From an uncultured Bacilli bacterium (lineage in GTDB: Bacteria > Bacillota_I > Bacilli_A > RF39 > UBA660), in assembly GCA_944372485.1 (NCBI GenBank), contig CALVZI010000074.1:1-36733 (forward strand): a stretch of DNA of 36,733 bases, written 5' to 3'. Each line of letters begins with the position of its first letter. Position 1 is the stretch's first letter. Below, piece by piece: positions 15,407-25,681 of the stretch. Under the pieces are notes generated by a model. It was not told the origin of the DNA, did no database searches, and worked only from the letters and a program-made list of their open reading frames with translations. The translations under genes were made by a program, and so were the position numbers.

Positions 15407-16234
15407 TTATTTTTTATTATCTTTTTCATAACGATAATAAACGTTTCTGTTAATTGCAATTCCAATTACTAAGATAATTGATAATATATATACCCAAAAC
15501 ATCATCATAATAATACTTGATAAACTTCCATAAAATAAATCATAATTACTAAAATGAGTTATATATATTGAATATCCATATGTAACTAATAACCAAGATA
15601 TTGTAGTAAATACAGATCCTTTAGTAACTGAAGAACTAGGTATTTTCTTTGTTGGAGCTAATGTATATAACATTTTAATCATCCAATAAATTAGTATGAA
15701 AGCAAATGGATATTTGATAAAAAAGAATAACCAATATGTTTGAGCTGAAATTGTATCTAAAAGCTTTAAATGCAATATAAAATTTAAAATTGAATTACCA
15801 AAAGCTAATACTACTAAACTAAAGAAAAATAAGAATGTTAAAATAATTGTTAATACGAAAGCTTTTATACGACTACTTAAATAATCACTTGGTTTTTCAC
15901 CATATAATATATCACAAGCTGTTATTATTGCATGTGGACCATTAGAAGCTAAAACAAATCCTATTATCATAAAAATAACTGTATTAATACTACTATTTCT
16001 ATTTTTTACAAATGGTAGTAACAATTTTGTAATATCTTCAGGAATAATATGAGAAGAAATATCAATTAAAGATTCCAATGAAATAGAAAAATGATTAGCT
16101 ATTAAAGCAACTAATGTAATTAAAGGAATTATTGCCAAAACCAAAAAGAAAGCAATATGTCCTGGTAATATCTTCATTTCTGGAACTTGCATTATTTTTA
16201 TTAAAGATTTAATCCATTTTTTTAATCGATTCAT
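15407..16234 (-). CDS. YihY/virulence factor BrkB family integral membrane protein
   Basis: Start is the ATG at 16234 (MNRLKKWIK...) after AAGGTG. The signature N-terminus is ...ILPGHIAFFLVLAIIPLITLV, with about 6 hydrophobic segments. Confidence 0.8.
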   Translation of the reverse strand: MNRLKKWIKSLIKIMQVPEMKILPGHIAFFLVLAIIPLITLVALIANHFSISLESLIDISSHIIPEDITKLLLPFVKNRNSSINTVIFMIIGFVLASNGPHAIITACDILYGEKPSDYLSSRIKAFVLTIILTFLFFFSLVVLAFGNSILNFILHLKLLDTISAQTYWLFFFIKYPFAFILIYWMIKMLYTLAPTKKIPSSSVTKGSVFTTISWLLVTYGYSIYITHFSNYDLFYGSLSSIIMMMFWVYILSIILVIGIAINRNVYYRYEKDNKK

Positions 16235-16260
16235 ATACACACCTTATTCCTATTATCACC

Positions 16261-16289
16261 ATTTTAGTATAAAATATATAAAATTTCAA
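16261..16289 (-). promoter_or_regulatory. sigma-A-type promoter for the yihY-like gene
   Basis: Minus strand: TTGAAA (16289-16284), 17 nt, TAAAAT (16266-16261). Confidence 0.55.
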
Positions 16290-16293
16290 GTAA

Positions 16294-16319
16294 AAAGAGT
16301 CTAATTATTTTGACTCTTT
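16294..16319 (-). terminator. terminator hairpin overlapping the stop of the GGDEF gene
   Basis: 8-bp stem AAAGAGTC / GACTCTTT (16294-16301 / 16312-16319) with a 10-nt loop. On the minus strand it is followed by TTTTTAC. Confidence 0.5.
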
Positions 16320-18340
16320 ATTTCTTCTTTATTAGATTTCATATCAGCAGTTGCTTCATTTATAGCATCATCTATTGTTTTTATTGCATTTATAATCATA
16401 CTATAACCACTTGCAACACCAAAACCATATTCTAATTCTTTAAATTCTTTGTGCAATTTACGAATATAAGTAACAATTTGTTTTTCTGTATATCCAACTA
16501 AATATATTAAAAATTCATCTCCATTAGTTCGAATAATTTCACTGTTATCCATTTGTGTTTTTATTAAAATACTAGCAGTTTGTTTAATTAAATTATCACC
16601 AATTTTATGTCCATAATTATCATTAATATAATTTAAATTATTTAAATCAACAATAACAATTGCTTGTGGATATATTTCACTATTATCCCATTCTTCCATT
16701 TTATCATATAAATAATTACGATTTTTTAATGATGTAAGAATATCAATATATTTTATTTTATCGCCTTTAACAACAATTGTTTTTTGTTTTTTATCTTTTT
16801 TAGTTATTTGAAATATTCCAAAAATTGAAAGTGATAAAATGATTAACGTACTTATACTTAAAATAATTATTTTTAAAATTGATGGTTTATTTAATACTTT
16901 ATCAATATTGATATGTGCATCATTTATTATTTCAGTTTGATTAACAAAATTTAAATAAAAGTCAAAGAAACGATTAAACACTTTATTTTCGTTAGTATCA
17001 AGAGTTACAAAATTATATGATTTATCAAGAGTAAATTGATAATCTAATTTAAATTTTTTTAACTTAGATGAATAATATATATAATTTTCTAAATCTATAG
17101 CAATAATATCATCTTTAGTAACATTATTTACTAAATCTTCAATTGTTTTAAATTCTTTTACTTTAACACCATTATTAGCTAGTGTTTCAGCAATTAAACT
17201 AGATTTTATAGCACATACTTCCATTCCGTTTAAAGAAGCTAAAGTATTAATTGTAACATCATTCTCATTACTTGATAAAATATTAACTTGTTCATTTATA
17301 TGTGATGCAGTTTGATAAGTTTCAACACTATATTTAACATCTTTCCCATTATTATAATAAAAATCAATTTCTTTATTATTTATAGCTTTTACTAAAGCAT
17401 CTATATCGTCATACTCTTTAAATTCAATTTCAATACCAGTTGCAGTAGCAAAAGATTTTAAAAATTCTGTATTTATTCCAACAAATTCTTTATCAATAAT
17501 TGTATCAAATGGTAAATTATTTACAAAACCATACTTATATCTTTTACCAATAAAAGCAGCTTTATCCTTTTCACTTACATTATTAAAAACAAAATAGTCA
17601 TTTGAAAATTTTTCTTTAAATGTTTGTTTAAAATTTTCTTTTTCCCACACTTTATAATATTTTTTCAAAATAGAATTTAATATTTCATCACTTCCTAATG
17701 ATATAACATAATCATTAGTCATTTCGGTAATATTATAAGCAATATTTAATTTATCATCACCAGCAAGTGACTTCATATAAATTATTTTTGGTAGAACAAT
17801 AGCATCTACATCAGTAAAAGTTAATAAATCTGATTCATTTTCAACTGTAACATAATTTACCTTAGTTGATCCTACTAAATATTTCTGTATATCTTCTAAT
17901 TTTTCAGTAACAACTCCAATATTCATATCCTTAATATCTGAAGTAGTATTAAAAGTCTTTTTATCTTTAGTAACCAACACATAATTATCTTGATATAAAA
18001 GTATATCATCTTTTGATTTTTTATCAACTACTTTGAAAGCATATTCACTAGTTGGTTTTTCACCATAAGCATAAGATAATTCACCAAAATCAAGCCCTGT
18101 ATCTTTTTCTAAAGAATCTAAAAACTCAAAAATTATTCCATCACCATCGTATGTAAATACAGGTATAGATGATAAAATTGAAAAATCGTGAAGTTGATTT
18201 TTGTTAGTTTCAATCCACTCTTTCTCTGTTATATTTAAACTATTTTCATCTTGCCCATTTAAAAAATAATAAGTACCACCTACGACTGCCGTAAAAGCTA
18301 CTATTAATAAAACAACAAGTGTAAATAACCTTACCTTCAT
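16301..18340 (-). CDS. membrane sensor diguanylate cyclase-like protein: TM, two extracytoplasmic solute-binding-like domains, TM, GGDEF domain (NGDEF variant)
   Basis: ATG at 18340 after AAGGTGG. N-terminal TM is LFTLVVLLIVAFTAVVGG and the second TM is ILKIIILSISTLIILSLSIFGIF. C-terminus: LTSLKNRNYLYDKM...VIVDLNNLNYINDNYGHKIGDNLIK...IIRTNGDEFLIYL. Confidence 0.8.
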   Translation of the reverse strand: MKVRLFTLVVLLIVAFTAVVGGTYYFLNGQDENSLNITEKEWIETNKNQLHDFSILSSIPVFTYDGDGIIFEFLDSLEKDTGLDFGELSYAYGEKPTSEYAFKVVDKKSKDDILLYQDNYVLVTKDKKTFNTTSDIKDMNIGVVTEKLEDIQKYLVGSTKVNYVTVENESDLLTFTDVDAIVLPKIIYMKSLAGDDKLNIAYNITEMTNDYVISLGSDEILNSILKKYYKVWEKENFKQTFKEKFSNDYFVFNNVSEKDKAAFIGKRYKYGFVNNLPFDTIIDKEFVGINTEFLKSFATATGIEIEFKEYDDIDALVKAINNKEIDFYYNNGKDVKYSVETYQTASHINEQVNILSSNENDVTINTLASLNGMEVCAIKSSLIAETLANNGVKVKEFKTIEDLVNNVTKDDIIAIDLENYIYYSSKLKKFKLDYQFTLDKSYNFVTLDTNENKVFNRFFDFYLNFVNQTEIINDAHINIDKVLNKPSILKIIILSISTLIILSLSIFGIFQITKKDKKQKTIVVKGDKIKYIDILTSLKNRNYLYDKMEEWDNSEIYPQAIVIVDLNNLNYINDNYGHKIGDNLIKQTASILIKTQMDNSEIIRTNGDEFLIYLVGYTEKQIVTYIRKLHKEFKELEYGFGVASGYSMIINAIKTIDDAINEATADMKSNKEEIKSQNN

Positions 18341-18352
18341 ACTCAAACCACC

Positions 18353-18805
18353 TTATTCATTTGCATTATTGGACCAAACAAATTCAGTTCCACCTTTATG
18401 CAAGTAACCAATAATAGGATATTTATCTCCACCACCAAAGAAAAATACTTGAACATCATAAAATTTCCTTTGATCTTTATCTAATTTTTTATATACTTCA
18501 TTGCTAGCTTCTTTTAATTTATTAAAATCAGTTGTATCTTCTACATCAATTAATAAATTAATAATTTTTCCATTTTCTCTAGCATCAGTACTATTAACAC
18601 CCTCAACATCTTTAAACACACTTGCCATCTCATCCATAACACTTTCAGATACCTCAACATCCTCAATGCCATCTAATCGATTACCATAAACTCGATCTTG
18701 TTTTACGAAAAATAATGATTTTAAAAATAATAATCCTAATATTACTACAACAACTATTATACCTATTAAGATCATTTTCTTTTGTTTTTTTGTCATTTTT
18801 TTCAT
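18353..18805 (-). CDS. hypothetical membrane-anchored protein (150 aa)
   Basis: ATG at 18805 after GGGGTGA. The N-terminus is Lys-rich with a single TM (MILIGIIVVVVILGLLFL). It lies 7 nt upstream of the GGDEF gene. Confidence 0.65.
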   Translation of the reverse strand: MKKMTKKQKKMILIGIIVVVVILGLLFLKSLFFVKQDRVYGNRLDGIEDVEVSESVMDEMASVFKDVEGVNSTDARENGKIINLLIDVEDTTDFNKLKEASNEVYKKLDKDQRKFYDVQVFFFGGGDKYPIIGYLHKGGTEFVWSNNANE

Positions 18806-18860
18806 TTTACTCACCCCAATATACTACTTAATTATACTATATATTTCAATTTTATTCAAA

Positions 18861-20273
18861 TTATTTATTTAAAGTTTCAATTAATAATTTGTTTACTGTA
18901 ACTGGATTAGCTTGCCCACGAGACTCTTTCATTATTTGTCCCATCAAATATTTTAAAGCTCGATCCTTACCATTTTTATAATCATTAACACTTTCTGGAT
19001 TATTACTTATTACTTTATCTACAATAACTTGTAATGCACTATCATCACTAATTTGAACCATTCCATGTTCTTTCATAATATCTTCAACATTACCACCTTT
19101 TTCCATTAAAATTGGAAGTAATGTCTTAACTTGCTTACTTGAAATTTCACTATTTTTAATCTTTATAACTAATTCTTTTAAATTATCTTCATTTAATTTT
19201 ATGTCTTTTAAACTTAAATTATTTTTATTTAAATAACTTAAAATATCACCAGTAATTAAATTTGAAGTAATTATTGGATCAAATTCTTTTACTTTTTCAA
19301 AGAAAGAACAAAGTTCACGATTACTAATTAATGTCTTAATATTATTTTCATTAACTCCTAAATTGCGATATTCGCTTCTTAGTTCATCAGGTAACTTAGG
19401 AATTTCTAATTTTACAGAATCAATTTCAGCATCAGTTATTTCAAATTCTGGAATATTTGGTTCTGGAAAATAACGATAATCATTTCCTGTTTCTTTAACA
19501 CGCATCAAGATTGTTTTACAATCTTTTTCATCAAAACGTCTTGTTTCTTCAACTATTACTCCCCCATTTTCAAGTATTTCTTCTTGACGAATACTTTCGG
19601 CTGTAATAGCTTTACCAACACTAGAAATAGAACCAATATTTTTAGTTTCCGTACGAACTCCTAAAGTATCATCTTTAGAAATAGAAACATTAACATCACA
19701 ACGCATACTTCCTTCTTCCATCTTACAATCAGAAATATCGGCATAAACAAATAATTCTCTTAATTTAGTTAAGTATGCCATAGCTTCCTCTTCGGTATGC
19801 ATATCAGCTTCTGTAACAATTTCAATTAGCGGAACACCACTACGATTAAAGTCTAGATAACTCTTATCAGTTTGGTGAATACTTTTAGCCGTATCTTCTT
19901 CAATATGAATATCATGAATACGAACTTTCTTATCTTCTCCACCAACATTAATCATAACATATCCATCAACCCCAATTGGAAAGCGAGCTTGTGTTATTTG
20001 ATAACCTTTTGGTAAATCTGGATAAAAATAATTTTTACGATCAAAACAAACTAATTTATTTATTTTACAATTTAAAATTAAAGCTGCTTTTAGAGCTAAA
20101 AGGATTGCCCCTTTATTTACAAGTGGTAAAGAACCAGGGTAAGCCAAATCAATTGTATTAACTTGACTATTTTCTTTAGCTCCATAATTATTTAAAGTAT
20201 TAGAGAACATCTTTGTTTTAGTTTTAAGTTCACAGTGAACTTCTATTCCCACTGTTTTCTTATAATTACTCAT
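18861..20273 (-). CDS. gatB: Asp/Glu-tRNA(Asn/Gln) amidotransferase subunit B
   Basis: 470 aa: VGIEVHCELKTKTKMFS...DRKNYFYPDLPKGYQITQ. Overlaps gatA by 8 nt. Confidence 0.96.
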   Translation of the reverse strand: MSNYKKTVGIEVHCELKTKTKMFSNTLNNYGAKENSQVNTIDLAYPGSLPLVNKGAILLALKAALILNCKINKLVCFDRKNYFYPDLPKGYQITQARFPIGVDGYVMINVGGEDKKVRIHDIHIEEDTAKSIHQTDKSYLDFNRSGVPLIEIVTEADMHTEEEAMAYLTKLRELFVYADISDCKMEEGSMRCDVNVSISKDDTLGVRTETKNIGSISSVGKAITAESIRQEEILENGGVIVEETRRFDEKDCKTILMRVKETGNDYRYFPEPNIPEFEITDAEIDSVKLEIPKLPDELRSEYRNLGVNENNIKTLISNRELCSFFEKVKEFDPIITSNLITGDILSYLNKNNLSLKDIKLNEDNLKELVIKIKNSEISSKQVKTLLPILMEKGGNVEDIMKEHGMVQISDDSALQVIVDKVISNNPESVNDYKNGKDRALKYLMGQIMKESRGQANPVTVNKLLIETLNK

Positions 20274-21717
20274 GATTTTCCTCCTTTACTTTTAAATCTA
20301 AATTTAACTCTTTTTCAATAAATGAACCTAGTTTATACATCTTAGCTTCTTCAAAACGATTTCCAATAATGTGTAGACCAATAGGCATGTGTTCATGATT
20401 AAAGCCAATTGGAATATTTAATCCTGGAAGTCCTGCCATATTAACTGGTATTACTAAAACATCATCTAAGAAAGTTTTACGTGCATCATCCATACCTTCA
20501 CCTAAATGGTAAGCAACAGTTGTTGTAGTTGGACCAATAATTAAATCATAATTTTTAAAAGCTTCATCAAAACTTTCTTTCATACTATTTCTAACTTGTA
20601 GAGCTTTTGTATAATATTCTTTAGCATTATCTCCACTAAGTAAATAACTTCCTACCATAATTCTTCTTTTTACTTCACTACCAAATCCTTCGGCACGTGT
20701 TTTAGCATATAATTCATCAACATTATTACTGTCTGCTGAATATCCAAAACGAACACCATCAAAACGAGCTAAATTACTACTAGCTTCACCCATGGCAATT
20801 ATTTGATAAAGTGTAACAGCGTGTTCTAAATGTTTTATATCAATAAAATCAACAGTTGCACCATTTTCTTTTAATAATTCACAAACACTTAAAACATTTT
20901 CTTTTATTTCAGAGTCAACTATATCACTTATAAAATAATTTGGAATAGCTATCTTCATTCCTTTAATATCTTCACCAATTAATCTTGTAAAATCTTCAGC
21001 TTCTCTATTACTTGAAGTTAAATCAAATTCATCATAACCAACTAAAGAATTTAATACTAATGCATTATCATATACATTTTTAGTCATTGGTCCAATTTGA
21101 TCTAAACTTGAACCAAAGGCAATTAAACCACGACGTGAAATACGTCCATAAGTTGGTTTCATACCGACAATTCCACAATAACTAGCTGGTTGACGAATTG
21201 AACCACCTGTATCACTACCTAAAGCAATAGGTGCAAGAAGTCCAGCAACAACACTAGCACTACCTCCACTAGAACCACCAGCAATACGTGTTTTATCCCA
21301 TGGATTTTTAGGAGCTCCAAAATAACTTGTTTGACTAGTTGAACCCATTGCAAATTCATCCATATTAGTTTTACCTACAATAATCATACCAGCTTCATTT
21401 ACTTTATCAATAACAAAAGCATCTTCAAATGGTACAAAGTTTTCTAACATATGAGAAGCACAAGTAGTTCTAATACCCTTTGTATTAATATTATCTTTAA
21501 TAGCAATTGGAATTCCATATAACATAGAACTCTTATCAGCATTTTCTAACTCTTCTGCTCTTTTTAAAGCTTCATCTTTACAAACAGTAATAAAAGCATT
21601 TAAATCACTATTTTCAATTCTATCAATTGCTTCTAATACTAAATCTTTTGGTTTAACTTTCCCACTTACTAATAATTCGTGTAATTCACGAATACTTAAA
21701 TCTAAATATCTATTCAT
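20266..21717 (-). CDS. gatA: Glu-tRNA(Gln) amidotransferase subunit A
   Basis: 483 aa. Amidase signature GGSSGGSASVVAG...GSDTGGSIRQPAS. Confidence 0.96.
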   Translation of the reverse strand: MNRYLDLSIRELHELLVSGKVKPKDLVLEAIDRIENSDLNAFITVCKDEALKRAEELENADKSSMLYGIPIAIKDNINTKGIRTTCASHMLENFVPFEDAFVIDKVNEAGMIIVGKTNMDEFAMGSTSQTSYFGAPKNPWDKTRIAGGSSGGSASVVAGLLAPIALGSDTGGSIRQPASYCGIVGMKPTYGRISRRGLIAFGSSLDQIGPMTKNVYDNALVLNSLVGYDEFDLTSSNREAEDFTRLIGEDIKGMKIAIPNYFISDIVDSEIKENVLSVCELLKENGATVDFIDIKHLEHAVTLYQIIAMGEASSNLARFDGVRFGYSADSNNVDELYAKTRAEGFGSEVKRRIMVGSYLLSGDNAKEYYTKALQVRNSMKESFDEAFKNYDLIIGPTTTTVAYHLGEGMDDARKTFLDDVLVIPVNMAGLPGLNIPIGFNHEHMPIGLHIIGNRFEEAKMYKLGSFIEKELNLDLKVKEENHE

Positions 21718-22003
21718 TTATCATCACCGGAACTTCTATAAAATCACCTACACTATGTGGAATATTACTTTTAAATTTATTAAAATCAGTAGTGTCTACA
21801 TCATCATCACTACGTAATTTACATCCTTCAAAAGCAGGTGTAACTAAAACATCTTCACTAATATCATTTATATCTTTAATCTTTTCTACATCATCTAATA
21901 ATTGTTTTAATGAAATTTGATATTTTTCAATTTCATCTTCACTTACTGCAATACGTGCAAGACGTGCAACGTGTAATACTTCTTCTTTACTAAGTTTTTC
22001 CAT
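21710..22003 (-). CDS. gatC: Asp/Glu-tRNA amidotransferase subunit C
   Basis: 97 aa: EEVLHVARLARIAVSEDEIEKY... First gene of gatCAB. Confidence 0.92.
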   Translation of the reverse strand: MEKLSKEEVLHVARLARIAVSEDEIEKYQISLKQLLDDVEKIKDINDISEDVLVTPAFEGCKLRSDDDVDTTDFNKFKSNIPHSVGDFIEVPVMINE

Positions 22004-22023
22004 AAAATTCCTCCAATATATTA

Positions 22024-22032
22024 ATTATACCA
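22024..22032 (-). promoter_or_regulatory. extended -10 promoter for gatCAB
   Basis: Minus strand TGG-TATAAT (22032-22024), about 20 nt upstream of the gatC RBS GGAGGAA. Confidence 0.45.
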
Positions 22033-22049
22033 TGTTTTTTAGAATAAAA

Positions 22050-22073
22050 GAAAAAAAGAATATTTTTTATTCT
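22050..22073 (-). terminator. terminator after yqeH
   Basis: AGAATA AAAAA TATTCT hairpin (22057-22073) followed on the minus strand by T7 (22056-22050). The stem is weak and AT-only. Confidence 0.4.
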
Positions 22074-22074
22074 C

Positions 22075-23064
22075 TTAATTCTGTTTACCTATTAAAGATT
22101 TTCTTGTAAAAACTTTAACTTTCTCATCTATATCTAAATATATAGTACATGGTTCCATTATTCTAATAAAACCTAAACCTAATATTACAATATCAGTATT
22201 TTTTTTATCAATTACAATTTTTCGTTTATTATAATTATTAATTTCTTTATATACCCTTTTAATATTTAAACTATTAGACATATATATAGTTAAATTAGTA
22301 TTACTAACTTCCATATTACAAATACTATCAATTAATATTGTTTGCTTATTTTTTATTTGATAAGTAATTGGCTTAATTTCTTTTTTAGGAATAATCTTTT
22401 TTATTAAAGTGTTATCTAAATAATCAATTATATTACCACTTTCTAAGATACCAGGAGTATCTAAAAGTATTAAATCATCTAATAAAGGAACCTCAATTGT
22501 ATTTAGTGTAGTTGAAGTAAGAATACTTGTTGTTATTTCTAAATCAAGATTACTATAATGTTTAATTAAATGATTAATCATAGTTGATTTACCAGCATTA
22601 GTAAATCCTACGACGTATACATTTTTACTTTTCTTATATTTATTTATTTTTTCTAATAATAAATCAAAATTATAATTTTTAAGACTACTAATAATTATTT
22701 TATCTACATAATTTAATTTATAATTATCAATATATTTATTTATATTTTCATCATAAATAGATTTAGGTAAAATATCTCGTTTTGTTAAAACTAAAAGAAC
22801 TTCATTATTAATATTATTTGTAATTATATCTAAATTTTGTGGTAAATTAAATAAATCTAATACCAGAACAACTAAATCTTTTGTATTATTAATATCTTTT
22901 AAAATAGGTATAAAATCTTCATTAGTTTTACTAACTTGTTTATATTCATTATAATGTTTAATTCGAAAACATCTTTCACATAAATTACCATTATTTTTAA
23001 TATATCCCTCTTTAGATACATCACTATTTTGTAAAACAGCCCCACACCCAATACACTTATTCAT
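22075..23064 (-). CDS. yqeH: ribosome biogenesis GTPase YqeH (circularly permuted)
   Basis: N-terminal zinc ribbon CIGCGAVLQ...CERCF. Permuted GTPase motif order: TKRD (G4), GFTNAGKST (G1), DTPG (G3). Follows yqeG as in Bacillus. Confidence 0.88.
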   Translation of the reverse strand: MNKCIGCGAVLQNSDVSKEGYIKNNGNLCERCFRIKHYNEYKQVSKTNEDFIPILKDINNTKDLVVLVLDLFNLPQNLDIITNNINNEVLLVLTKRDILPKSIYDENINKYIDNYKLNYVDKIIISSLKNYNFDLLLEKINKYKKSKNVYVVGFTNAGKSTMINHLIKHYSNLDLEITTSILTSTTLNTIEVPLLDDLILLDTPGILESGNIIDYLDNTLIKKIIPKKEIKPITYQIKNKQTILIDSICNMEVSNTNLTIYMSNSLNIKRVYKEINNYNKRKIVIDKKNTDIVILGLGFIRIMEPCTIYLDIDEKVKVFTRKSLIGKQN

Positions 23065-23575
23065 AATATTTACCTCTTTTAAATAACTTCTTTTCTTCTA
23101 ATTCTTTTAATAATTTTTCTTCTCTTTTACGATTATATTTAGTTATAAAGAAATCTTTAACTGTAATTGAATCAACTAAAATAGTATTAATCCCAACATT
23201 ATTGCCACCAATAATATCGGTAAATATTTGATCTCCTATAATAGCAACTTCTTCTTTATTAAATTTATACTTTTTTAACACTTTATTAAAAGAATGTTTT
23301 AATGGTTTTAAGGAAGTATGGTTTATATCAACTTCTAATTCTTTTTTAAATGGAAGTAAACGTGTTATAAAACTATTAGAAAATATTATTACTTTAAAAT
23401 CTTTTTTTAATTCAATAAATAATTTTTGTAATTTTTCATTAGAGTGTTTAGTATGTGGTTCTACTAAAGTATTATCTAAATCAAATAAAATACACTTTAT
23501 TCCCTTTTCTTTTAACAATTTATAATTAATCTCATATATATTTTTATAATACATATTTGGTATATATTTATTCAT
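23057..23575 (-). CDS. yqeG: YqeG-family HAD-IIIA phosphatase
   Basis: 172 aa. HAD motifs are ILFDLDNTLV, IFSNS and IIGDQIFTDIIGGN. Overlaps yqeH by 8 nt. Confidence 0.88.
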   Translation of the reverse strand: MNKYIPNMYYKNIYEINYKLLKEKGIKCILFDLDNTLVEPHTKHSNEKLQKLFIELKKDFKVIIFSNSFITRLLPFKKELEVDINHTSLKPLKHSFNKVLKKYKFNKEEVAIIGDQIFTDIIGGNNVGINTILVDSITVKDFFITKYNRKREEKLLKELEEKKLFKRGKYYE

Positions 23576-23590
23576 TTAATCACCCCTAAA

Positions 23591-24280
23591 TTATTTACTA
23601 AATTTATGTTCACCAGTTAATTCTTCATATAAATCATTTAAAAAAGAATTTATATCTACATAATAATCTAACATCATATGTATTTCATTTACAAAATTTT
23701 CTTTTTCTAAAGGAATTTCTTTAAAATAATTTTTTGCTTTTTCACCTATTACTGTATTAGTAAAACAATTTTGAAATAAATCAATTAATGAATCATTAAG
23801 TAATATTTCATTAATTTTTTGAACTTTCAAAACACTTTCTTCAGGTAAATATTTATAATCACCTACATCAATAACGTAAATCTTACAATCAGTTGTAATA
23901 AACAAATTAATATCCTCTAATTTAATGTGTTTTTGAGATAATAAATTTATATCTTTATATAAAACATTTAAATTATCAAAAAACTCTTTTGTTGTCATCT
24001 TTCCAAAATGTAACCCGTTTCCTTTATTTAAATAAAAGGTTGTATAACCACAAAATTCATTTTGATTATTATATAAAATTGACTCAGGCATTCTTATTTG
24101 TTTAGTTTTTATACTCGTTAAATAAACACATAGTTCTTCTGTCAATTTAGAATCTTTAGTAGAATGAAATAATTTATAAATGTTATTATCTACTTTATAA
24201 ACATTCCCTTCTACTCCGCTCCCAAGTTTATTTTGATTATTAAAGATATTAGAATTAATATTTATATCTTTTTTTGACAT
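23591..24280 (-). CDS. hypothetical small protein-kinase-fold-like protein (229 aa)
   Basis: Gly-rich loop LGSGVEGNVYKV, then IYKLF (candidate VAIK Lys). Catalytic-loop-like KHIKLEDINLFI and DFG-like VIDVGDY. There is no Asp at the canonical HxD position. Confidence 0.45.
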   Translation of the reverse strand: MSKKDININSNIFNNQNKLGSGVEGNVYKVDNNIYKLFHSTKDSKLTEELCVYLTSIKTKQIRMPESILYNNQNEFCGYTTFYLNKGNGLHFGKMTTKEFFDNLNVLYKDINLLSQKHIKLEDINLFITTDCKIYVIDVGDYKYLPEESVLKVQKINEILLNDSLIDLFQNCFTNTVIGEKAKNYFKEIPLEKENFVNEIHMMLDYYVDINSFLNDLYEELTGEHKFSK

Positions 24281-24301
24281 TATAATACCCTTTCTAACTT
24301 T

Positions 24302-25681
24302 TTAAAATTTTATTTTATCATTTATATACGCTACTACTTCATCAAGTGGAATAGTTACTTGTTTCATAGTATCTCTATCTCTTATAGTAACTGTGTTATT
24401 GCTTACTGTCTCATCGTCAACAGTAATAACATAAGGTGTTCCAATAACATCTTGTCTACGATAACGTTTCCCAATATTACCAGATTCATCATAAGTACAC
24501 ATAAAATGTTTACTCAATTCTTTATAAACTTCGAATGCTTTTTCACTGTGATACTTCTTAACAAGTGGAAGTACAGCTAATTTATATGGAGCAAGTGCTG
24601 GGTGAAAATGCATTACTTCACGAGTAGTACCATCTTCTAAATTTTCTTCTTCATAAGCATCAGCTAAAAATGCAAGTACAACGCGATCAGCTCCAAGTGA
24701 TGGTTCAATTACATAAGGAATATACTTTTCATTTGTTTCTGGATCTAAATATTCTTGACTTACACCAGAAACTTTTTCATGTTGTGTAAGGTCATAATCA
24801 GTTCTACTAGCAACTCCCCAAAGTTCTCCCCAACCAAATGGAAATTTATATTCAAAATCTGTTGTCGCATTACTATAAAAACATAATTCTTCTGGTTTGT
24901 GGTCACGAAGTCTTAAATTTTCTTCTTTAATATTTAAACTTAATAACCATTCTTTACAATAATTTTTCCAATAATTAAACCATTCTAATTCTGTACCTGG
25001 TTTACAGAAAAATTCAAGTTCCATTTGTTCAAATTCACGAGTTCTAAAAGTAAAGTTACCTGGTGTAATTTCATTACGAAAACTTTTACCAATTTGTCCA
25101 ATACCAAATGGTACTTTAAGACGCATACTTCTTTGTACATTTAAGAAATTTGTAAATATTCCTTGAGCAGTTTCTGGTCTTAAATAAATAGTACTTTTAG
25201 CATCTTCAGTAACACCTTGAAATGTTTTAAACATTAAATTAAATTGTCTAATGTCAGTATAATCCATGGAACCACAATTTGGACAAACTATATTATGTTC
25301 TTTAATATAAGCAAGTAATTTTTCATTACTCCATCCATCTCCAGTTTCTTCCCCATTAGTAAACTCTTCAATTAATTTATCAGCACGATGTCTTGTTTTA
25401 CAATGTTTACAATCAATTAATGGATCACTAAAAGTTTTAAGGTGACCACTAGCTTCCCAAGTTTTTGGATTCATTAAAATAGCACTATCCATACCTACAT
25501 TATAAGGAGATTCTTGAATAAATTTTTTCATCCAAGTTTTTTTTACATTATTCTTTAATTCTACTCCAAGTGGACCATAATCCCAAGTATTAGCAAGTCC
25601 TCCATATATTTCACTACCTTGATAAATAAAACCATATTGTTTGCACATATTAACTAATTTTTCCATTGTTATTTTTTCCAT
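24302..25681 (-). CDS. glyQS: glycine--tRNA ligase (single-chain class II GlyRS)
   Basis: 459 aa: [40 protein letters not shown]... AGGAGG RBS 6 nt upstream. Confidence 0.96.
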   Translation of the reverse strand: MEKITMEKLVNMCKQYGFIYQGSEIYGGLANTWDYGPLGVELKNNVKKTWMKKFIQESPYNVGMDSAILMNPKTWEASGHLKTFSDPLIDCKHCKTRHRADKLIEEFTNGEETGDGWSNEKLLAYIKEHNIVCPNCGSMDYTDIRQFNLMFKTFQGVTEDAKSTIYLRPETAQGIFTNFLNVQRSMRLKVPFGIGQIGKSFRNEITPGNFTFRTREFEQMELEFFCKPGTELEWFNYWKNYCKEWLLSLNIKEENLRLRDHKPEELCFYSNATTDFEYKFPFGWGELWGVASRTDYDLTQHEKVSGVSQEYLDPETNEKYIPYVIEPSLGADRVVLAFLADAYEEENLEDGTTREVMHFHPALAPYKLAVLPLVKKYHSEKAFEVYKELSKHFMCTYDESGNIGKRYRRQDVIGTPYVITVDDETVSNNTVTIRDRDTMKQVTIPLDEVVAYINDKIKF

